In this document: piece by piece, positions 18,651 to 27,192 of the stretch
Numbering within the stretch: position 1 is the stretch's first letter
Layout: each line of letters begins with the position of its first letter
Assembly (NCBI GenBank): GCA_012719955.1
Contig: JAAXZI010000165.1
Location: 8,611-72,610, forward strand
Source of the DNA: Phycisphaerae bacterium
GTDB lineage: Bacteria; Planctomycetota; Phycisphaerae; UBA1845; PWPN01
DNA length: 64,000 bases
Direction of reading: 5' to 3'
Made by a program: the position numbers and the translations under genes
Notes under the pieces: generated by a model
Databases searched by the model: none
Told to the model about the DNA's origin: nothing
The model's input: only the letters and a program-made list of their open reading frames with translations

Positions 18651-20686
18651 TACGTCAGACTGCCGTTTCCGGGCGAACCGGCGCGCAGCGTCGCCTCTTC
18701 CCCGGGCTCGCCGGCGGGTTCGCCCCCGAGTGCCCCCTCACAGGGTGGACGGCCTTTTCGCGCGCTCGAGTGAATCAGCAATTCGAATGCCTGCCGGTCT
18801 AGCGTCTCCCGGCGAAGCAGTTCGTCGGTCACGCATTCCAATTCGTCACGGTGCTCGATCAATATCGCCCTGGCCCGCGCGTACGCCTCCTGAAGCAGCC
18901 GTTTGACTTCCGCATCGATCAGTTCGGCCATGCGCTCGCTGCAATCCCGTTGCACGGGGCTGGTCTCCGGCGCGGTCAGAAAGAGGTTCTCGCGCTGCCC
19001 GCAGTGAACCAGCCCGATCTTGTCGCTCATGCCGTACAGGCACACCATCTGGCGGGCCTGGGCAGTGGCCCGTTCCAGATCGTTCTCCGCCCCGGTGCTG
19101 ATCTCGCCCAGCATGATCTCTTCGGCGGCCCGTCCGCCCAGCAGGCCGGTCAACCGATCCATCAACTCAGAGCGGGTCATCAGGAACTGATCTTCGGTCG
19201 GCAACTGCATGGTATAGCCCAGGGCCGCCCGACCGCGGGGCACGATGCTGATCTTGTGCACCGGGTCGGCCTGAGGGCAATACGCCGCGACCAGGGCATG
19301 GCCCACCTCGTGGCAGGCCACCCGCTTTTTCTCATCCTCCTTGAGCCGCCGGCTCTTGCGTTCCGGCCCGGCCACCACCTTCTCCACCGCATCCTCGAGG
19401 TCCTGTTGCGTGATTTCGTGGGCGTGTCGCCGGGCGGCCAGCAGCGCGGCTTCGTTCATGGCATTGGCCAGATCGGCCCCCGAGAAGCCCGGCGTCGCCT
19501 GAGCAATGCGGCGCAGGTCGATGTCGGGCGCGAGCCGCTTGCCCCGCGAGTGCACCTCGAGAATGGCCAGCCGCCCGTTCATATCCGGCGCATCCACCAG
19601 CACTTGTCGATCAAACCGGCCGGGACGCAACAGGGCACGGTCCAGCACCTCCGGACGGTTGGTCGCCGCCAGCAGGATCACCCCCGCGTTCGGCTCAAAC
19701 CCGTCCATCTCCACCAGCAACTGGTTGAGCGTCTGTTCGCGTTCATCGTTGACCGGGCCGACGTGCACCCCGCGCTGCCGGCCGATCGCATCCAGTTCGT
19801 CGATGAACACAATGCACGGGGCCTGGGCCTTGGCCTGCTGGAACAGGTCGCGCACACGGGCCGCACCCACGCCGACGAACATCTCGACAAAATCGCTGCC
19901 GGCCAGCAGGAAGAAGGGCACGCCGGCCTCACCGGCTACCGCCCGGGCCAGCAGCGTCTTACCTGTGCCCGGAGGCCCCACCAGGAGCACGCCCTTGGGG
20001 ATACGCGCGCCCAGGGCGTTGTACCGGTCCGGCTCCTTGAGAAAGTCCACCACCTCCTGCAACTCCGCCTTGGCTTCATCGCAGCCGGCCACATCCTTGA
20101 AACTGACGTTGGTATCCTTCTCCCCCACCAGTTTGGCACGGCTCCGCCCCACACTGAGCAGCGATTGGGCCGCGCCACCCATCCGCCGGGACAAGAACCA
20201 CCAGAACAGCAGGATAAGCCCCAGCGGCGCAATCCAGGCCCACAGCAACTGGGCCAGAAAGTTCGGCCGGACGCCCACGAATTTCACTCCCGCCGCCTGA
20301 AGCTCTTCCACCAGTTTCGGATCTTCGACCCGCACGGTACGAAAGAGAAAGGGCTCTCCCGGGACCTGGGCTGGCGGCGTGTCCGCTTCCGCCGGTTGCG
20401 TGGCCGGCCGGGCGCGCGGCACGATTTTGCCTTGAATGTCGGTTTCCCCGATGGTGGCTTCCGTCACCTCCCCGGCCGCCAGGCGTGCTTTGAATTCGCT
20501 GTACGGAATCGTCCGCACGCGAAACCCGCTGAGCGCATCCTGCCAGGCCCACAGCATCAGCAAAGCCATCACCGCGTACAGAATCAGCGTGGGCCGCGGC
20601 CGCGTCGGGGGAGACGAGGACTGGAACGGCTCTGAGGGCGGCTCCTTCCGCTCATTCCCCCCCGACCAGAGCTTGAAGCGCATCAT
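18650..20686 (-). CDS. ftsH: ATP-dependent zinc metalloprotease FtsH
   Basis: Walker [22 protein letters not shown] region, HEVGHAL zinc motif. ATG at 20686 is preceded by AGGAGA. Confidence 0.95.
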   Translation of the reverse strand: MMRFKLWSGGNERKEPPSEPFQSSSPPTRPRPTLILYAVMALLMLWAWQDALSGFRVRTIPYSEFKARLAAGEVTEATIGETDIQGKIVPRARPATQPAEADTPPAQVPGEPFLFRTVRVEDPKLVEELQAAGVKFVGVRPNFLAQLLWAWIAPLGLILLFWWFLSRRMGGAAQSLLSVGRSRAKLVGEKDTNVSFKDVAGCDEAKAELQEVVDFLKEPDRYNALGARIPKGVLLVGPPGTGKTLLARAVAGEAGVPFFLLAGSDFVEMFVGVGAARVRDLFQQAKAQAPCIVFIDELDAIGRQRGVHVGPVNDEREQTLNQLLVEMDGFEPNAGVILLAATNRPEVLDRALLRPGRFDRQVLVDAPDMNGRLAILEVHSRGKRLAPDIDLRRIAQATPGFSGADLANAMNEAALLAARRHAHEITQQDLEDAVEKVVAGPERKSRRLKEDEKKRVACHEVGHALVAAYCPQADPVHKISIVPRGRAALGYTMQLPTEDQFLMTRSELMDRLTGLLGGRAAEEIMLGEISTGAENDLERATAQARQMVCLYGMSDKIGLVHCGQRENLFLTAPETSPVQRDCSERMAELIDAEVKRLLQEAYARARAILIEHRDELECVTDELLRRETLDRQAFELLIHSSARKGRPPCEGALGGEPAGEPGEEATLRAGSPGNGSLT

Positions 20687-20768
20687 CAGCCATTCTCCTG
20701 AAGAGCTGCCACATCGCGTAGCTAACATCCGCAGAATTCTAGACCTGGGGAATATACCCGATGGAGAG

Positions 20769-20853
20769 AAAAAAAGGGCCGAAGGCCACCTTAGATGCCT
20801 GGCTTCTTAACCCTCCCGAAGGGGTTGAGACATCTAAGGTGGCACTTCGGCCC
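20769..20853 (-). terminator. long hairpin plus U-tract (intrinsic-terminator-like) on the minus strand, upstream of ftsH
   Basis: The arms at 20776-20797 and 20831-20853 pair over ~22 bp with one bulge. An inner AACCC/GGGTT hairpin is present. Seven A on the plus strand at 20769-20775 give seven U after the stem on the minus strand. Confidence 0.55.
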
Positions 20854-21121
20854 GAGGGTAACTTAACCGATTCGGAGGCCGCTTGCAACCCCCAGCTTAA
20901 CAGCTTTACGCATGGCTGCGTCAGGTTAGGCAAGATGGCCATAAATATCTAAGTTGAAAGCAGTTAACCTTGATTGCTTCCGAGAGATTTTCCCCAAAAA
21001 ACCTGCGGGCATGAGTTTTTTTCCCTAGAGATTTTTCTATCGGTGGGGCCTATAATCTGCCGAGAAAAATAAAATCATTTATCGAGGGGGCATATTTGAC
21101 TACCGGCTTCTTTCCCCTCCG

Positions 21122-21164
21122 GAAAGCACCAAGGCGCCTTGAGGCTCTTGGTGCTTTCTTTTTT
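21122..21164 (+). terminator. rho-independent terminator
   Basis: GAAAGCACCAAG (21122-21133) pairs with CTTGGTGCTTTC (21147-21158), followed by TTTTTT. Confidence 0.7.
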
Positions 21165-21413
21165 GGATGAACCTCCCGCATGAACCTTTCCCCCGGGGGG
21201 GATTCCTCGCAGGCCGATTCGGAACCCCTGCCTTGACAACTCCAATTGGAACCACAAAGAATCAATACGGGTTCCAGGTCCTTCGGAATACCGGGTGTCT
21301 CTTCACTGGACGTGACGACCACGCCACAACCGATCAGGCAGTCGCTTCTGCTGTTCGCCTTTGATTATGCAGACCAAAGAGGACAACAGTTGGCCTTCAC
21401 GCGCCCCATACAC

Positions 21414-22652
21414 ATGTTCTCTCGCAGCGCTTCCGAGCTCTGTGGCTCGGTGGCCGATCAATCGACGATGCGGGTGAATTGCCATTCGCAGCCCGCCGGC
21501 CTGGCCCCTTCGGACGTCCTCGATATCGAAAACCTGGCCCAATCGCTGGGGGGCGGCACCATCTACTCCAGCCCCATGTGGCTGCGCTGCTGGTGGAAGC
21601 ATTTTGCCCCGCGGGGCACGGAGTTGATCGTGCACCGGCTCTATGCCGGAGGGCAGCTTGCCGGCGTGGTCCCGCTCATGGAGCACGGCGGATGGCTGCG
21701 CCAGTGGACGGCGCCGCGTAACGCGCAAAGCCTGATCGTGGACATCATGTTCGACCCGGGCAGCCTGCACGCCTGGCACGGGCTGCTGGAGACGTTCGCC
21801 CGGTCGGCCCATCTGCTGGAGATCGGCCCCTTGCCGGCCTCGTCTCCCGCTTCGCTGGGCCTGACCCGTGCCGCCGAACAACAACGCCTGAAACACGCGG
21901 TCAGCCGGACGACCCCGCTGGCCCTGCTGGACCTGACCATCGGCTGGAAGACGTACCGCTCCAACCTGTCCCGCAATCTGCTGGGCAACACGGAGCGCGT
22001 TCAGCGGCGACTGGCGGCGCTGGGCTCGGTCGATTTCCAGGAGTACACCGGCGGCCCGGAGCTTCCCGCCCTGCTGACCGAGTGTTTTGAGCTGGAGGCG
22101 CGTACCTGGAAAGGGGCGGAACATAGCGCCATTCTCTCGGATGCCGCCACCCTGGGCTTCTACACCGACTTGAGCCTGGAGGCGGCCGCAGTCGGCGCGT
22201 TGTCCCTCTACACGCTCCGCCTGAACGGGCGGCTGATCGCCTTCGACCTGTGCCTGCGCCGGGGCCAGTGGATACACGATCTCAAATTCAGCTATGAGCC
22301 GGACATGGCCCGCTATGCGCCCTGCAACGTGCTGCGCTATCTGTTCCTCAAACGCGAGATGGAGGCCCCCCGGGCGCGCTGGTACGAGCTGGGTATGCAG
22401 TGCGATTGGAAGGCCCGTTGGACCACCTCGGCGCCGCTGGAAACCATCCGCGTTTACTCCAACCGGCTCCCTGCACAGGTCGCCTGGCTGAGCGGCCCGG
22501 CGCTGCGCCGCCAGTTGAAACGGATACCGGTCCTCCGCCGAACGGTAGAGACCGTGCGTCAATTCCGCACGCGGACGCGCCTTCTGCGCCGCGCCGCCCT
22601 CAAACACAGCCTCAATGCGGATCACACGGAAAAAACGATGTCGGCCCCCTGA
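21414..22652 (+). CDS. CelD/BioF2-like GNAT acetyltransferase (Acetyltransf_6-type); start uncertain
   Basis: SPMWLRCWWKHF near the N-terminus and TWKGAEHSAI...LNGRLIAFDLC...KFSYEPDMARYAPCNVL resemble CelD-like acetyltransferases. Candidate starts at 21414 and 21468. Confidence 0.6.
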   Translation: MFSRSASELCGSVADQSTMRVNCHSQPAGLAPSDVLDIENLAQSLGGGTIYSSPMWLRCWWKHFAPRGTELIVHRLYAGGQLAGVVPLMEHGGWLRQWTAPRNAQSLIVDIMFDPGSLHAWHGLLETFARSAHLLEIGPLPASSPASLGLTRAAEQQRLKHAVSRTTPLALLDLTIGWKTYRSNLSRNLLGNTERVQRRLAALGSVDFQEYTGGPELPALLTECFELEARTWKGAEHSAILSDAATLGFYTDLSLEAAAVGALSLYTLRLNGRLIAFDLCLRRGQWIHDLKFSYEPDMARYAPCNVLRYLFLKREMEAPRARWYELGMQCDWKARWTTSAPLETIRVYSNRLPAQVAWLSGPALRRQLKRIPVLRRTVETVRQFRTRTRLLRRAALKHSLNADHTEKTMSAP

Positions 22653-22679
22653 CGTGCTTCGAGCCCAACGCGGGCGCCT

Positions 22680-24101
22680 TCACTTGACCAGAAACGGCTT
22701 GGTGCCGGGCGCCTGGTTGCGCCCGTCATACTGGATGTGGATGAACCCGTTGCCGCCGACTTCGACGGTGTCGGCAATCAACTGGGTGCCAGTGTTCCCA
22801 CCAGCCCCCCCGATGTTGACCTTGTTTTGCGGAAAATAGAGCGTGCCCTGGATGGTGTTCAGCTCGTTGTTCCCGACAATCTTGGCCGTGTACTTCGGGT
22901 CCAGGTTGTAGGTGGCCCGAGACTGGAAGATGGCCATGCCCTCGTAGCTGGAATCGATTCCCGGCGGATAGGTCACACTGGGATCGTCCAGATCGATGGC
23001 GGTGATCACGATCCGGCCATTTCCCGACAGATCGACGTGACTGAAAGGCTGTTTGCCGTCGGGCGTGCTGTCCATGATGTAAAACATGACGCCATGGGCG
23101 ATCAGATCGCCGCCGTTGACGTTGAGACCCACGCCATCCAGGATGTAGATTCCCGGGGTGCAGGTCAGTGTGCCGCCCGTCATTGAGATTCCACCCGCAT
23201 AGTAGCCGGGATCGATGGTACGCACGTCCCCCTGGCTAAGTTCCACAATGGGCAGCGGGGTCAGGCCCGCCGGACTCGGCTCGGGAATTCCCGCGAGCGG
23301 ATCCTGAACGACGCCGGCGCCGGGGTTGACCGTTCCTGCGTAGTTGGCGTTCTTAAGGCAGTCGCCGCCGTGCACGTTGATCTCGCCGGCTTCAATGTGA
23401 ACGTTCCCATCCGAGCAGACCGCGCAGGAGTGGCTAGAGTTGACCTGAATGGCCCCCGGCACTCCCAGTTGCAGATCTTCGACGCTGAGGGTGAGGTTGC
23501 CGTGGACGTACAGGGCGCACTCGGCATCCGGATTCAACGTGATCAGGCCGGCGCCGGTTCCTCCACCCACCATGGCGATGGCCGTGGCTGAAAGGTCGAC
23601 CGTATCCACGCCGAAGAGCGGACCGAACACCAGGGAAACAGGACCATCAGAAACCGCGCCCGTGCGCCGCGCGACGACCTTCACGGCATTGACCGCGGTG
23701 GTCTGAGGAGTGAACTCGCCGGTGTCCTCACGATACCGGCCGAGAACGATATCGCCTTCCGCGGCGTTGGCATCATTCCGATCCAGTCTCACCTGTGTTC
23801 CCAGCACCTTGTTGGCCAGCCCGATGGTGACGGCATTCGTGCGCGCCTCATCAGTGTCGAGCTTGACCTTGGCGGCACCGGCCAGCGCCGCTGCGTCAGC
23901 GGCGTTCTGGAGTTGCTGCCGCGAAAGGACCACGACGCCGGCGTCCAGGGCCAGCCCGACCATTCCGATCAGGATGAGTCCCAGGATTGCCACCCAGACC
24001 AGCGCAACGGCGCGCCGGCGCGTTGAATTTCGCAACGGATCACGTTGACGGCAGGTCGAGGAGGCGAACAGGCTGGTGAACACGGCACCCTCCTGGGGCA
24101 T
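22680..24101 (-). CDS. tadG: TadG-like pilus assembly protein
   Basis: N-terminal TadG/Tad_N pattern RRRAVALVWVAILGLILIGMVGLALDAG...LQNAADAAALAGA. Beta-rich C-terminal region ending in GTLYFPQNKVNIGG. Confidence 0.8.
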   Translation of the reverse strand: MPQEGAVFTSLFASSTCRQRDPLRNSTRRRAVALVWVAILGLILIGMVGLALDAGVVVLSRQQLQNAADAAALAGAAKVKLDTDEARTNAVTIGLANKVLGTQVRLDRNDANAAEGDIVLGRYREDTGEFTPQTTAVNAVKVVARRTGAVSDGPVSLVFGPLFGVDTVDLSATAIAMVGGGTGAGLITLNPDAECALYVHGNLTLSVEDLQLGVPGAIQVNSSHSCAVCSDGNVHIEAGEINVHGGDCLKNANYAGTVNPGAGVVQDPLAGIPEPSPAGLTPLPIVELSQGDVRTIDPGYYAGGISMTGGTLTCTPGIYILDGVGLNVNGGDLIAHGVMFYIMDSTPDGKQPFSHVDLSGNGRIVITAIDLDDPSVTYPPGIDSSYEGMAIFQSRATYNLDPKYTAKIVGNNELNTIQGTLYFPQNKVNIGGAGGNTGTQLIADTVEVGGNGFIHIQYDGRNQAPGTKPFLVK

Positions 24102-24437
24102 TTCCCTGATCTTTAATTATCGAACCACAATAACAATACTGACGCAAATATAACAAAATAGCCCCAAAGAAACCCATGCAAAAGAAATTTTATTCATCTG
24201 CCTATTGACAGACACTGAAGTTTCGTTCACAACGCACTCAGTGGGAATAAAGGCCCGTCTTTGGATTGGACGGGGATGCAACAAGCCCGGAAGGATCCTG
24301 GTTTCATCATCGGCGCAGGTACAGGGAGTCTTGGCGCAATCGGAAGCTCCTCCCCGCGTACCGTTGGGCGCGGCTCTGTTGGGTTTGGATCACCGATCGC
24401 CAGTCGGGGGGCGGTGACGCGGGAGGGTTTGCGCTGA

Positions 24438-24482
24438 CTTTTTGTGGGATTGTGACGGGACTTTTTGTGAGATTGTGACGGC
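24438..24482 (+). promoter_or_regulatory. tandem 22-bp direct repeat CTTTTTGTG(G/A)GATTGTGACGG x2 in the flp upstream region
   Basis: 24438-24459 and 24461-24482 differ at 2 positions. They lie ~210 nt upstream of the flp ATG. Confidence 0.45.
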
Positions 24483-24693
24483 TTCTCAGCAAGAGGTAGC
24501 GGCAGCTTCCGCAGCCTTCCAGCGCAGGGGGCCTCACGTCCAGTTTCGCGTGGACCATATGTCTATCTGCAGCCCTTCATAGAGCGAAGCAGCACTCAGC
24601 CCGACCGGACACGCCGTCAGGATGTTTTCGTCGTGCGAAGGTCGCGCCGTCCTGAATGGCGAGGGGATATCTGTTTTGCGAAAGGAGCAAGCG

Positions 24694-24873
24694 ATGCTCG
24701 CACTGGTCAAGAAGTTCTGGAACGATGAGAGTGGATTGGAGACGGTGGAGTGGGCCGTTCTGGCCGCACTGATTCTGACCGGCACCATTGCCGCGATCGG
24801 TCTTCTCGGCGAGAACGTCCAGGCCGCATTCGAAAGACTGCAAGCGGCTACGTCGGATGGGGCCGCGGGCTAA
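24694..24873 (+). CDS. flp: Flp-family type IVb/c pilin
   Basis: 59 aa. Flp processing motif G/LETVEW followed by the hydrophobic stretch AVLAALILTGTIAAIGLLG. AAGGAG RBS 7 nt upstream. Confidence 0.88.
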   Translation: MLALVKKFWNDESGLETVEWAVLAALILTGTIAAIGLLGENVQAAFERLQAATSDGAAG

Positions 24874-24887
24874 TAGGCGGAACCGCC

Positions 24888-25454
24888 ATGTGGATGGTAC
24901 TCGGAGACCCGGGCGCTCCCCTGCTCAAGTGGGGTGTGGTGCTGGGCGTCTCACTGGCAGCGGCGATCAACGATGTGGGCACGCGGCGGATTCCGAACTG
25001 GTTGACGATGCCGGTCCTGCTGGCCGCCCTGGTGTGGGCGGCCTGGACGGCCGGCTGGGACGGAATCGCGGACGCCGTCGCGGCCTGCATGTTGTTCGCC
25101 CTGCCATTCGTGGTCCTGTTCGTTCTGGGCGCCGGCGGGGCCGGTGATGCCAAGCTGATGGGGGCCATCGGCGCATGGCTGGGCACAGGACACGTTCTGG
25201 TGACTTTGGCCTGCGTGCTGCTGGCGGGCGGTGTGCTGGGAATCTTCTATGCACTCGCGAAGGGCAAGGGGATGGCCGTGGCCCGCAACCTCTGGAACAT
25301 GGGCTTGGGCCTGTTCCTGTCCGTGATCCATCGGCGACGGTGGAGCGAGGTCTCGATTCCAAGCCCCCGCGAGATGCAGACCATGCCCTACGGCGTGGCT
25401 ATTTTCGCGGGCACGCTCGCGGCGGCACTGGGAGAGTGGCTATGGCACGGCTGA
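24888..25454 (+). CDS. cpaA: A24-family prepilin peptidase CpaA/TadV
   Basis: Multi-TM protein with INDVGTRRIPN and GAGDAKLMGAIG aspartate motifs. Confidence 0.85.
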   Translation: MWMVLGDPGAPLLKWGVVLGVSLAAAINDVGTRRIPNWLTMPVLLAALVWAAWTAGWDGIADAVAACMLFALPFVVLFVLGAGGAGDAKLMGAIGAWLGTGHVLVTLACVLLAGGVLGIFYALAKGKGMAVARNLWNMGLGLFLSVIHRRRWSEVSIPSPREMQTMPYGVAIFAGTLAAALGEWLWHG

Positions 25455-25861
25455 CCGCAAAGTCCATGTCCCGCGGTCTGGCGCTCGTCGAGGCGGCCAT
25501 CGTGCTCCCGCTGCTGTTGCTGCTGGTTTTCGGCGTACTGGAATACGGTTGGATGTTTTACAAGGCCAGCGAGGTCACCAACGCCGCCCGGGACGGGGCC
25601 CGCACGGCGGCCCTGCACGGCGGCACGGATGCACGGGCCCGTGCCAAGATTATTGCGGCCATGTCCGCGGCAGGCATGACCATCGGCGACGGCAACATCA
25701 CCATTTCGCCCTCGGCGGACCCGCCGACCACCCCGGGCACAACCGTCACCGTCACCGTGTCGGTCGCATACAAAGGCAACGTGGAACTGATGCGTTTCCC
25801 GCTGCTGCCGGTACCGGAAAAGCTAAGTGCATCCGTCAGCATGGCCAAGGAAGGGCCCTGA
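25442..25861 (+). CDS. tadE: TadE-like pseudopilin
   Basis: RGLALVEAAIVLPLLLLLVFGVLEYG TadE N-terminal motif. Overlaps the cpaA end by 13 nt. Confidence 0.85.
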   Translation: MARLTAKSMSRGLALVEAAIVLPLLLLLVFGVLEYGWMFYKASEVTNAARDGARTAALHGGTDARARAKIIAAMSAAGMTIGDGNITISPSADPPTTPGTTVTVTVSVAYKGNVELMRFPLLPVPEKLSASVSMAKEGP

Positions 25862-25900
25862 ATGACCGTAGGCAGGAATAAGCCGCCTGAGGGCACGGTT

Positions 25901-25976
25901 TGTGCGCCACGGCTAACGGCCGTGCCCAATGTTGGCGCCATCGCGACACGACTGTGTGCCACGGCTCTTGAGCCGT
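25901..25976. repeat. REP-B copies 3 and 4 (TGTGCGCCACGGCTAACGGCCGTGCC; TGTGTGCCACGGCTCTTGAGCCGT)
   Basis: 25953-25976 is identical to 18591-18614 (copy 1). Confidence 0.75.
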
Positions 25977-26150
25977 ACCCAACGTGGGAGCTGTCTCGCC
26001 GCGTCTCCAAGAGCCATGACACACACGGTGGGCTGGCGCGTTCCAAGGCGTGTGGCGGCCTCGTGCACGGTCCTATCGCGGTGGATCCGGCACGGCCGCA
26101 CACTCCACCGGCGGCAGGGGCATGTCGGCCCTGGCGATGAGAGACAGTCA

Positions 26151-26174
26151 CACGGCCCGTCCTGACGGGCCGTG
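26151..26174 (+). repeat. perfect 10-bp-stem hairpin CACGGCCCGT-CCTG-ACGGGCCGTG abutting the cpaB Shine-Dalgarno sequence (REP-B-related)
   Basis: Stem arms at 26151-26160 and 26165-26174. The GGGGAGG RBS starts at 26174 and the ATG is at 26190. Confidence 0.65.
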
Positions 26175-26189
26175 GGGAGGATTTCGAAC

Positions 26190-27017
26190 ATGAAATGGCC
26201 ATTCCTGGCGATCGTGCTGCTGGGCCTTGTGGCGGCGATTTGCGTGGCCGGGCTCATGACTTTCCTGCCTGCCTATCTGCGGGGGCCCACGCCCACTCTC
26301 AAGGCCAACGAGATGCAGGTCGTGGTGGCCAAACGGGACATCCCCGCCATGCAGATCGTGGACGGCGAATCGATCGCCACCAAATCCGTCCCGCGCAAAG
26401 AGGCCCCCCTCGATTGCTTCACTGATTCCGTGCAGGTACTGGGCAAAGTTCTGGCTTTGCCCATGGTCGCGGGCCAGGCCTTCACCAAGACCTGCTTTGC
26501 CGAAGGCTCGGGCGCCCATCTGGCCGCCGCCATGCCCAAGGGCATGCGCGCCGTCGGCATCGCCCTCAGTGAGCATTCGGGCCTGTTCGGCGTGCTCTAT
26601 CCCGGCAGCCGGGTGGACATCCTGGTCTCCTACAAGGCCCAGGCCGGCGAGGCCAACTCCAGGATCCTCCTGCAAAACGTCCAGGTCCTGGGCGTTGAGG
26701 GCCACACCATTGTTTCGCCGGATAACGACAAGTCGGGCCGGTCGGACTCCGGCCGTAAGCGCATGGTGACGGTAATGGTGGATCCAGACCAGGCCAGAAT
26801 CCTCGAAGCGGCCATGGAACAGGGCACCCTCTCGCTGGCCATGCGCAACCCATTGGACACGACGCTGGCGAAAGTCGCGCCCGAGCCATCGGCGCGACCG
26901 GGGCCCGGGCTGACCACTACGGCCCCCGCCCAGCAGACCTGGGAGATAACCATTCTGCGGGATCGGGCGCCCGAGGTCCGGAAGTTTGCCTATGTCGCCC
27001 CCCTGCAGGCGCGTTAG
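26190..27017 (+). CDS. cpaB: Flp pilus assembly protein CpaB/RcpC
   Basis: N-terminal TM anchor, SAF-like VVVAKRDIPAMQIVDGESI, and position between tadE and the secretin. Confidence 0.85.
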   Translation: MKWPFLAIVLLGLVAAICVAGLMTFLPAYLRGPTPTLKANEMQVVVAKRDIPAMQIVDGESIATKSVPRKEAPLDCFTDSVQVLGKVLALPMVAGQAFTKTCFAEGSGAHLAAAMPKGMRAVGIALSEHSGLFGVLYPGSRVDILVSYKAQAGEANSRILLQNVQVLGVEGHTIVSPDNDKSGRSDSGRKRMVTVMVDPDQARILEAAMEQGTLSLAMRNPLDTTLAKVAPEPSARPGPGLTTTAPAQQTWEITILRDRAPEVRKFAYVAPLQAR

Positions 27018-27192
27018 TGCATTTTCCGGTCGGGGAGTCTCGCGCGGCCCTGGGCCGCGCGGGCATCCGGCCTGAGTCCGCTGGGCCGATCGTTTCCGCT
27101 CCCGGCGCCCGCAACGGATTCACCGGAAGCGGCACGCGAGCCTGCGAGTGGGAATGCTCGGTGGATGGCTCACTGTAAAGGAAGGACACGAC

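Noticed and set aside
20895-20940. GUCAGGU-containing stretch (GCGTCAGGTTAGGCAAGATGGCC) as possible SRP/4.5S RNA
   Set aside because: The conserved GGAAGGAAGCAGC-type domain IV sequence and the symmetric loop partners are missing. The resemblance is limited to 7 nt.
21096-21170. 24-codon TTG-initiated ORF (MTTGFFPLRKAPRRLEALGAFFFG) after a GAGGGGG RBS-like motif
   Set aside because: Most of it is encoded by the terminator stem-loop itself, so the open frame is likely incidental. I kept it only as a possible leader-peptide idea within the sRNA/leader finding.
16130-22625. Antisense ORFs 16130-17332 (+), 18851-20635 (+) and 21303-22625 (-)
   Set aside because: They lie opposite the S46 peptidase, FtsH and the CelD-like gene. 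They have no motifs and a biased Arg/Gly/Pro/His content.
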